From: Paraspadella gotoi
Lineage: Eukaryota > Animalia > Chaetognatha
Assembly: GCA_051294375.1 (NCBI GenBank)
Contig: CM119264.1
Span: forward strand, 19,227,590-19,291,589
DNA length: 64,000 nt
Direction: 5' to 3'
Shown here: positions 54,119 through 64,000 of the stretch, piece after piece
Numbering within the stretch: position 1 is the first letter of the stretch
Layout of the letters: each line of letters starts with the position of its first letter
The notes under the pieces: model-generated
What the model was told of the DNA's origin: nothing
What the model saw: only the letters and a program-made list of their open reading frames with translations
Databases searched by the model: none
Program-made: the position numbers and the translations under genes

Positions 54119-57100
54119 CTACAAATAGGGCAGCGCCCCTGGCCCAACCACCACCTCTTTCTTGCCATATATCAAAAATTTTTCCTGCATGCTTATGATT
54201 CTTTCGGACGATTCCCTGAACTTTTCCTCCTCCCCTTTGTCCAGTTCCAGTGGGTACCAGCCTCTGATTCCCTTGCGGTTGATGTAGCACGGTAGGCTCA
54301 AGAAAACATTTTTTCTTATTCCGAAAAAATCCCTAAAAAAAAGGGCTATTATATAACTTAAAGGGTAAACGCTGAACGCGTTTTCTCCAGTCACCTTTTT
54401 GCCAGCCTTCAAAAAATCTGAACTAGTATATAAATTGTAAAGTGGAAAGTGCATTGATAGGTAAAATAAGAAAAATGCAATTCGTAAATCCTCAAGAATA
54501 AATTCATTGGCTTAGTTATTACTGTTTTATCATTTACAGAAGTTTTAACTTAAAAAAATTTTTACCTCGAATACGCCGCGACTGTGTGAACACGTGGTCC
54601 TTCGATTTCATTTTCAAAAATGTGTTCAATAATATCTTTTATAACGAGTCCAACGCTCCAAACGTAAAACCTCCCCGTGTCCTTTAACCAAGCGTCCCTA
54701 AAAACGACGAAAAATAAGATTACAAAAACGATCAGTCTTTGTTTCTCCCCGGTGGTTATACCGAGAAGAAAATGGTGATTGTAAGGGTGTAGACGACATG
54801 CTTCTATGCTGAAGCAAGTTACAAGTAAAATTTAGCGAGAGTTCAAAAATCAAAGAGCAATGCCATTCTCAGTCATCAACAAAGCATTCCAAAAAATAGG
54901 CTCATAACTTTCGGTATAACCATAGCAAGGTTTTTACATGATCTGATGCTTTGAAAGCGTGCGGGTTGCGACAAATGAAAATAAAACACCTTTGAAGGAA
55001 AAAAATAAGGTGCTTTAATTGAAATAAATATAATTTGTTTTTACATGTGCGCGGCTGGTAGTAGAAAAGTTATTATTATGAATGATAAGAATTCGGACTG
55101 TTAAGTTTTAGTAAAAATGACGCGAGCATATTAAAAAAATATTTAGTGCTATGTTAACTGTCATCAGGGTAATTAATCGTTATTTTACCCTATTTGGTCT
55201 TATTCCGTAGTTAACAGAGTGAAACTTATCTTTTTCTCAATTTTGGGTTTTCTCTTTTTGACGTACGAAAAGTTGCACAAATTTGTATCAAACAACTAAT
55301 GAATGAAAAAGGCAACTATGGTATGAGCGTCTTTCTCAGGAACTAACATAACAAACTAACAAACCAACAAACGAATGAACGAACTAACGAACAACGATGA
55401 AAAAAAGAACGAAGAAACAAATTTGAGAACTGAAACAAAAATATACTAAAAATGAAAATAAAATAAAAATAAAAAAAGAAGAAGAAAGTAAAGAGCGAAT
55501 GAACGAAATTGCGAAATCTTACGACGAACAAAAATTTTCACATATCATAATTTAGAATTTATGTTTATTTTTGGTCTTAAAAATATTTGCAAGTTAGTGG
55601 TTTGTCTATCCTAATCGAATCTTAAAGTGCCATTAAAAGCGCGGCAATGGAATCAAATCAATGAACGAAAATTTTCTTTGCAAAGAACAAAAAGTTTCAT
55701 GCGAATGAAATCTGTTTCAAATATAAACCGGAAAACAGAAAATTTATTAAATAAAAAAAACTAGATACATGCTGTTTAAAATTTATGAGTTCGATCGTAA
55801 CTTTGTTTTTGTGTGTCTCTAAATCATAAAATTACAACACAAAATGAATTATTCACGGCATACATTTGAAACTTTAAAATTTAAATAAACGCCGGCGTTA
55901 AAAGCTTAAAACGACACTTTTAGGCGCGTTTAGCAACTGAGACGATTGGAAAGTTATTATATTATTATTTATTTTATTTATTAAAATTGTCTTGAATTAT
56001 CGTTAAACTTCCGATCGCGTTTTGCTGGAAAAATGAAATTGAGGAATTGAAAAAAATTATACTAGACCCTTGAGAGTAGAAATTTTAAAACGCGTTCGAA
56101 AGCGAGAAAGAGAGAAACGTCTTAGTAGATGAGAAGAGTTTTTTGAAAATCGGAGATTTTTGTCGCGATCGCGTGCAACTTCTGCTCCTCCGCCTCCTCG
56201 AGGCTGATTGTGGTCCAACCCTTGACCCCCAGACGATTCAGGGTCATCGGGGTCGAGAGGAACACCATCTCTTTGATTCCGTAAAGATCCTTCGCGAAGC
56301 TACGGAAGGGAAGGTGGTTTGGGGAAAGAAAATTCGTCTTGTTTTCTTTTCTTTTCGTGAACCGCCGATTAAACGTTAACGATTCGTGCCGTTTTTTAAA
56401 GCTAAGTATTAATCTTACAATATAAAACTGAATCGACGTAGAACTTTAATTGGTAAGCCATTTTAACATTTTATTACACAAAAATTCCTTTTATTTTAAC
56501 AGACTCGGTAGCTATATATTTGTATTTAATTATTTATGAAATTGGTACAACCAATAAAAAAATATATAAGGGAGAGGTCCATAAAATAGTTTTACATGCC
56601 ACCTGGTGAGCGTGAAATTCTCTCCACCGAATCCGTCGGTGAAAATGGAGTAAATGACGTGAGCCAGTGACATTCCGACGGCCAACACGAAACCTTTCTT
56701 CCAGCTCGTCACAACTTGGTTTCTTCACAAAGGAAAATATAAAAATAGTAGCAATAAAATAGAAATGAAATTTTGTTCTTTCTTGTTGTAATCAAAAATC
56801 ATTGTGAAATTTATTTCGATTCTTTGCGTTTTTTCATTTTAAACCATTTTGCCGTTGTTGTAAATCCATAATAAACTGCCTAATGAAAAATCAAATATTT
56901 GATATATACAACGATTTCTCTCGCCAAGAAATAAAACGGTTACTATTATTAGGATTGACATTTAATATTAATAGTTTATAATCAAAATTATTTTTCGTCG
57001 TAGAGAGAACTCAATTCCCGAGAAGCACGAATTGACGTAAAGAGGATCTCTCAGACAACAAAATTAGCTAAGTAGTGACATATAAAGGGGGCACGAAACA

Positions 57101-58874
57101 TAAAAAGCACTGTTCGATGCCTGAGCACATGATTAAGATTTTTATCTCTAATGATTTGTTTTTAAAACGAAATTAAAACTAAAAAGATGTACATAAAAAT
57201 AATAAGCCTTTTTTTTTATTTCCTCATCCGTTTTTAACTCCGTCGATAAAAGTGAACGTAAAAGTTTCAATCTTTTCTTCTACTTCAACTTTCGCTTTTC
57301 ACCAGTCACAAGTTGATAAGTTGATTGCCCTTTTGTTTTGCCAGTCTTCATTCCGCTCGTTATTTGCGTTTTCTTTTTACCATCATTCCTTCATTTCTTT
57401 TAACAGTCATCACTGACACTCACTGACACTCCCCACATTCCGCGCGCACATTATCTTGCTTGTGAAAGCAATCAACTGTTAATACTTAGCTCAACTAGAA
57501 GTAAGATAGACAATACGGAATACTGTTTCAATGCTCTTATTGCATTTTAAAAATTTAATAATGAATAAGAACGCGGCAGAAATGTTTATGTCCTCTTGAA
57601 AACTTCCAAGAGGTATGTCGCTCTGTTAGTAATCATCTTTTTTAGAATTGAATGTCAATATTTCAGATAAATATGGATAAAAAAAATACGCGATGTTCAT
57701 AATCAGCGAAGAAAGTCGCCTCGCCCTTTTTCTTATCCATAGTTATTCCTTCTTTTCTAAAGGCAAACTACGCTGTTTTCAAAACAATTCGAAGATAACG
57801 GAACCGCCTTCCGTTCGAAGTTTATAGTAAAAAAATTAACCAACATTCATCGGCCCACGATTGAGTAGCGCAATCGATGCATGAATCGCCACATCAGCAG
57901 CCCATAGTCATCTCCCGAAGCACAATATCTTCCAGAAGTGAATCGTATCACTATATTGCGCAACAATTTTGATCTTTTTTTTTTCAACAGACACCACAAC
58001 CTAATCCTAGGCTGTTCCCGCTACTCACTCTTCCTTCATAGCGTCCACAATCTCGTTCCACCCTCCGTGATCTTGTGGTGTTCCGAGATGGGGGTTCATT
58101 TTCTTGAAAGAGGTTCCGTTGAGTGTGACGGACATCCAGGCGGGGAAGGGATCCGAGCATTCGCCGATCATGAAACCCTAAAGAGAGTTTTCAAAAACGC
58201 CATGCTATGGCCCAGATAATTTATTTTTTCCGATTAAGCTATCTATATCGACAGGAAACTCGACGATGCACTCCATCACGTGTTTGACAAAACAGCAAAA
58301 CAGCAAAACCGAGCCAACCAACCAAACAAAAACCAAAACAAAAACCAAAACAGCAAAAACAAGACTCAAGAGCGACGACCAGCTCACGTCGATGATCATA
58401 TCGTCGTTGGCTCCCAAGTTCTCACGAATCTTCGTCCGAAATCTAGAGGTGGCCAGGTTCGTTCCGATCCCGATCACACGCGATGTGGAGATGCCCGCGA
58501 TCTTCCACAGCATGTAGCACGCGACTTCGTTTGGCTGCGACGTCACGATGAAAATCGCTTCCGGCGAATTCTTCACGAGTTCCGGGATTAGGCGTCGGTA
58601 GTTCTGATGGAAAGTAATGGAACCAAATATTAAAATATAGAATAAACCATTACAATGAAAATATTTGAATATTTATATTCAAAATTAAACGGAATAGAAT
58701 AGAATAGGATAAATAAATATTAAATAAATAAAATTGAGTAGAATAAAATGAAAAGGAATAAAATTTAATAGAATACAATGGGCTCAGTAGAATGAAGCAA
58801 AATAGAATACGATGGCAAATAATGATGAAAAACAACTTCTCCCACAGTAGCCGAAACCAACATTGAATCCATTA

Positions 58875-58936
<62 letters not shown>

Positions 58937-60917
58937 ACCTGCAGATTGAAATCGGCCAACTGCTCCAGCGAAGTCATATCCTTCCGAAGTCTCGTTCCGA
59001 AGGCGATGACGATGATATCCGAGTTCTTGGTGACTCCGAGATCGAGTCCCGCCTCCACCGTCGTCTTTTTAGTAAAGGATTGACCCTGTTGACGAGGGAA
59101 TGGTTGGGCGGGTTGTGAAAAATAGTGGGCGCCTTCCTTGGTTTGTCGTCACCTTGGTCAATTGTTTAGTTATCGACTCTAGATAGTTGATTTTTCTTGT
59201 AACTACCAAGATTAGATCGACTCCATAATCCACATTTAATCACATATGATATGCATGAAAAGGGTTATTATTTACAGATTTGCGCTGAGTTTTTGTTATG
59301 AAATTGCGTGTGCATAATATAGAAAAAAGCTTTTAAAATGCATTTGCTTTTTTACCAAAAAATATCACTGAAATTGCTAGTGCATATATGTAGGACAGAA
59401 AAGCCTTAGAAAGAACAGCATGAGATCTGAATTTAAATTAAAAATATCGTCCTTTAAGCCAAACTATGGTTTAATTTATATAGTACTTTTATTACAACAA
59501 AACAAATTTTTCTGGAGAAATTTAACCATGTCAAAAAAATATTTTTTAGCTAAAATTCTGCCTTTTTTACAATTTTTTAGATAGAAAATCTAACTCTAAC
59601 AAATATTAAATCCACATAGCCGCATAATTTATCAAAATTGGAGAAAACTTAAGAGATGTTATTTTTTCTGGCAACTGGGTCATTGAATCCTAAAATTACG
59701 AAGAAGTAATATTATAGTAGATCAATTATTACGAGTATAATAATATCTTTTTTAGTTTTTTATATTTAGTTTGGTCAACCTTATAGATATTTAGTTATTT
59801 TCAAGGTTGATCTTTTTTTCAGAAAAACTAAATCATAATTTATTTATAATTGATGTTTCCAAACGATCAACAAACGAGTTTTTTTCTTATCTGCAACCAT
59901 TCGGCATTGACGAATCTTTAGAGATTTTATTAACCATAACCGCTTGGCACCACAACCTTCAATATTCTTTTGCACTCGTGAATTTTTAGGTGCGTACCAC
60001 AGGTTATCCTTTAGAGCGAGTAAATTTTATACTAGGTATGAATTTAACTTCTCACGTTGATATTATCAATAATCATTTCTAAGAAAACTATACTATCAAT
60101 TTAGATGAAAATTTACGCGCTGAATGTTAAAAGTTGAGAGTTCAACTGGAATTCTGGGTCAATAAAATTCTTTCATGCGTAAAATTTAAATCTTGCCTCC
60201 CCTGATTGGGTGAAACGTGTAGTAAAAGACGAGATATTCTCCGTTTTATCCAATGAGCATAAAAATTGTGGCGTAAATGGTCAGTGGCGGGAAAATCGAG
60301 TTCCTGGGCCAATGAAAGACTCTGGGAGTGTGAGGTTAATTTTGGAGCGATGCAAGGATGTGGACCGAAATCAGAACGACGGGAGAGAAAAAAAGGAAAG
60401 GGTTGTGCGCCTTTTTTAAAAGCATCATATTAGATTTTCCGGACTTTGTTTTTCCTTATACCATAAATTCTCATTTAAAAAGAAATAGAAATCGCTTCTT
60501 TTCTCATTTATTATAAATCTTTTTTCCTTCTTTCTCTTTCAAAATTCAACGCGAAAAATTTCATCGTTTGTCTCTTTTTTTTGTTTTTGAAAAAAAAAAT
60601 TCCCTTTTATTTTGTTGTTGATAGAGAATTAAATTCATTTCGTCGCGCCATACATATTTTTTTCTTCCAATGTTTTTCTCGTTTTCTCTTCCTCGTTTTT
60701 TTTCCTTTTCGCTTAGTCGTGTGCTGCTCCACCCACATCAAACTCTCACCCTTCCTTCACACTTTCTATCTTTATTTTCTTTACACTCTCTGTTCACATT
60801 TATTTCTCGGCTTCTAGTTTATCACGCTACGCAACATTCGAGTTATTTGGTTGGAACGTTTCAGTCCATTATCGCTTTGAATTTTGTTGGTTTTCTCATA
60901 ATCTAATAGTTGATTAA

Positions 60918-60976
<59 letters not shown>

Positions 60977-61372
60977 ATCTGACCTGCAGGATATCGAGGC
61001 CTTCGGCGTGAGCTAAGCTGCCATCTTCGTCCAAGAAGACGATTTCTCTGGCCGTCCCTTAAGGGCGAGGTTGAATTAGTGGGTAAGCGGAAGTGGAAGA
61101 ATTAAAAGGAAGAAAACGTTGGCAGGGCAAAGAGAGACGGTTGGATAATGGATAAGCAAAGAAGTCACGACGAAATAGAAATCGCTTATTTTCTCATTTA
61201 TTATAAATCTTTTTTCCTTCTTTCTCTTTCAAAATTCAACGACTATAAACAATTACATAAAATGGAAGGGATTCACCAACCGGTTAATTTCTAATGATAA
61301 ATTGCTAAACTAAACTAAAAAAATCTATATTTTATGTATTTTTTAAATAAATATATAAATAAATAAATAAAA

Positions 61373-61403
<31 letters not shown>

Positions 61404-61638
61404 AAGAATAAATAAAAGAATAAATAAATAAATAAAAGAATAAATAAATAAATAAAAGAATAAATAAATAAAAGAATAAATAAATGAATTAACAAATGAA
61501 AAAATCAAAAAAACAATATATACCTTTCATTGCCAAGGTCATTCCGCAGGCAGTTCCTATGGGTCCGGCGCCTACGATGGTGACCTTGCCCCTTTCCAGG
61601 ACGGCCTGTGGCTCCGGCTCGGGCGAAGACTCGGACAT
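54119..61638 (-). CDS. Divergent L-lactate dehydrogenase-family protein (probable pseudoenzyme with UEVLD-like motifs), 7 exons, 348 aa
   Basis: Exons 61638-61524, 61057-60984, 59085-58939, 58603-58388, 58177-58029, 54697-54566, 54332-54119. All are GT-AG bounded and phase-compatible and sum to 1047 nt. Motifs: Rossmann KVTIVGAGPIGTAC, TKNSDIIVIAFGTR, RVIGIGTNL, WSVGL, VFLSLPC. Confidence 0.93.
56165..56310 (+). ncRNA. Candidate HDV-like ribozyme (possibly degenerate) in intron 5 of the LDH-like gene, antisense to it
   Basis: P1 GCGATCG/TGATTGT, P3 GCC/GGC with L3 TCCTCGA, P1.1 GG directly after P1', long hairpin CTTGACCCC/GGGGTCGAG, and CTAC followed by GGAAGGG pairing 6 of 7 with P2 CTCCTCC. 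Confidence 0.4.
58875..58932. repeat. (ATT)n microsatellite next to the LDH-like exon 3 donor
   Basis: Directly visible. Confidence 0.97.
60482..61241 (+). repeat. 70-bp direct repeat pair (60482-60551 and 61172-61241) flanking LDH-like exon 2
   Basis: gaaatagaaatcgctt(c/a)ttttctcatttattataaatc...aaaattcaacg occurs twice with one mismatch. Confidence 0.9.
61355..61485. repeat. (AAAT)n-type simple repeat
   Basis: Directly visible. Confidence 0.95.
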
Positions 61639-62339
61639 CTTTTCTTTTTGTTGTTCCGATTTCTTTTGTTTCCTCGTTCGTTTTCGTGTTTGGTCGCCTT
61701 TCAAACGGTTTTCTCAATCAATCGCCGGCCAGACAATTATTTTTTTCTACTTCTGCAGAAGCTTATCCCTATTCCTTATCCTTTCCAAAAACGTTTCAAC
61801 CATTATCATAAAGAAATTTTGGCATTATTTCCAAAAACGCCCTCTAAGCGCCGTAATCTTAAATCTAACAATAAGTCTTCAAACTAACTTAATTTTGAAT
61901 TTAAGCTGAAATGTGGCACTTTTGGAAAACGTGGCCGAAATTTTACCCCAAATTCATGACGGTAGGCCTAAATGATTTTTTAATTCTCCCTTTATTTTTT
62001 TCAAGGTAAAAAAAAAACGTTTTTTAAAAATTTTATATGTATTTAGTCAAATTATATTGAAACTATTAACTTCAGAACACACTGTTTCCAGGCGAGCGAC
62101 GCTTCGAGATCAATACTGAAAGTTCTGGTTACGGTGTCGTCGCCGACGCAGTCTCACCGACCCCACGAGTACCGACTCTGGCTTTCGTAGAATCTGAGGA
62201 ATACAACGAAGAGCTTTTGGCGTTGCGCTCGGTGGGCGTTAAGCGACTCTTTTTCTTTTTATTCTTTTTTTCTTAGGTGCTTGGCGTCTCTTAAGACGTC
62301 CAGTGGGAAATCAAGGACGATGACGAGGAAGCCGCAATG

Positions 62340-62378
<39 letters not shown>

Positions 62379-62500
62379 AGAGAGGAGAGAGAGAAAGTGA
62401 TAGAAAGTTAGATGGAGAAAGAGAGTGAGATGGAGAAAAAGAGTAAGAGAGAGAGAGAGAAAATGAGAGGGAGAAAGATAGAGAAAAAAAAAGTTTGAGC

Positions 62501-63304
62501 AACAATGTCGGATCTGCCCACGATCATTATAATTAATTAATTAATAATTAATAAATTAATAATTAATTTAAGTTAATTAATTATTTAATTAATTAATTAT
62601 TAATTTATTCAAATTAATTATTTAATTAATTAGGCAATTAATTCATTAATTTGATCCAAAAAGTTTGTTTTGATTGATTAATTGACTGATTAATTAATTA
62701 TTGGTAAATTAATTGACTAATTGATTAACTGAATAATTATTTGATTAATTAATACATCTTGCATTTACATTTAAAATAGTTAGTGAAACAGATTCTTTGT
62801 TTTTTCTATTTAAACTCATTTCCACTCAAACGATTCCATTCAAACTTAATTTCCAGTTTAATCACACACTTTCCTACCCACATACAAAATTTCAAGTCAA
62901 TCGCCCCATCCACTCATGAGTAGTTGGTGTTCAAATTGTGAATTACATTTTTTGTTTTTTCCATTTAAACTCATTTTCACTCGGACGATTCCATCGAAAC
63001 TTTATATCCAGCTCAATCACACACTTCCCTACCCACACACAAAGTTTCATTCCATCCATCCATCCAATCACGAGTAATTGGTGTTTTTTGCTAAGGTGGG
63101 ACGGACGGACGGACGGACGACGGACGGACGAATGGACGGACGGACAGACAGATGGACGGACATCGTTTTTTGGCATAATTTATCATAATTCGATGTTCTG
63201 ACATGATATAAGTGAATGCCCGACAAGATTGAGGGGGCGGACCGACGGACCGACAAAGTGAATTATAGAGCCGGGATCTGCTAAAAGCAGATCCGACTAA
63301 AAAA
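62501..63304 (+). mobile_element. Non-autonomous Helentron-type element (HINE/DINE-1-like)
   Basis: 11-bp subterminal inverted repeats GTCGGATCTGC (62507-62517) and GCAGATCCGAC (63287-63297). 3' stem-loop GGATCTGCT-AAA-AGCAGATCC followed by an A-rich end. Two ~150-bp tandem core repeats (~62796-62931, ~62951-63088), a (GGAC/AGAC)n microsatellite at ~63100-63161 and an internal TTAA-rich tract. Confidence 0.8.
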
Positions 63305-63343
63305 GTAAGATGCAGAAAAGAGAGAGTAGGAGAAGAGAGCGAG

Positions 63344-63399
<56 letters not shown>

Positions 63400-63831
63400 G
63401 TAAAAAATGGTATTATCAAGAGATATTTTGGCCAACTTTTTTATAATATACATAGTACAACCGAAAGACTGAAAAGAGATTACCAATATAAGAGAAATCG
63501 TTGCGGTTGTTTCGGTTTAATTATCTTTTCTCCGTTTGCTTAAAGAAAATATGTACGGGCCAATTCAGCCTCTGACTATGAGAGCCAACGCAAAAATTTG
63601 AAGAAAAAAAAACCGCTATAAAATATAAGAGAAAAATAGGAGAAAGTAAAAAGAAGAATCGTTGAACAAAAAACAATGACGAAGGCGAATTCCGATTATG
63701 ATGGGTCGAGATCGAATCGGCGAATGTAGAGAAAAAATATTTCTGCAAAACAATGTTTTTTATTGTCAAAGTACTTCGTGAAGAACGAGTCGAAGAGGGG
63801 GGTTGTGACAACCGGCTAGTGAAGGAGCAAA

Positions 63832-63882
<51 letters not shown>

Positions 63883-64000
63883 ATGAGAGAGAGAAAGAGA
63901 GAGGGGGATCATCGCTCGAAACTATCGGGGGAGGAAAGGTAAAGAGGAAAAAAATGTGAGAGAGATTTAAATTCCTGATAAAAAGAAAATCGTAAATTTA

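Noticed and set aside
56221-56318. Two hairpins separated by AGAGGA (H-box-like), suggesting an H/ACA snoRNA
   Set aside because: There is no ACA after the second hairpin on that strand and it is antisense to the host gene. The HDV-like reading explains more positions.

Overview
This is AT-rich eukaryotic DNA, most likely metazoan, rich in (GA/CT)n tracts, from a noisy long-read or gap-filled assembly. About two thirds of the first 45 kb is redundant: a ~13.9 kb fold-back palindrome (1-13869, apex ~6990) and tandem near-identical blocks abutting 25-N gaps. The copies differ mainly by 1-bp indels, so these are probably assembly artefacts. Three spliced genes can be reconstructed by hand: a single-pass membrane protein with divergent Ig-like repeats (+, ~8.0-39.6 kb, partly broken by duplication and indels), an ankyrin-repeat/SOCS-box gene (-, 9 exons, 539 aa) and an LDH-family gene (-, 7 exons, 348 aa) that has lost its catalytic His/Asp/Arg. 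A Helentron-type non-autonomous element sits at the right end. The most striking signal is a set of six short (~190-265 bp) non-coding elements at four independent loci, in two sequence families. They start TGTGGC (except one 5'-degenerate copy), end in a roughly complementary GCCA-like terminus, and one has an exact 4-bp target-site duplication. Each carries a P5-permuted twister-ribozyme fold (partial in one copy) whose pseudoknot covaries between the families, suggesting twister-bearing solo-LTR or retrozyme-like elements. A separate HDV-like ribozyme candidate lies in an intron of the LDH-like gene. All structure and homology calls were made by eye against recalled consensus motifs; no searches were run.
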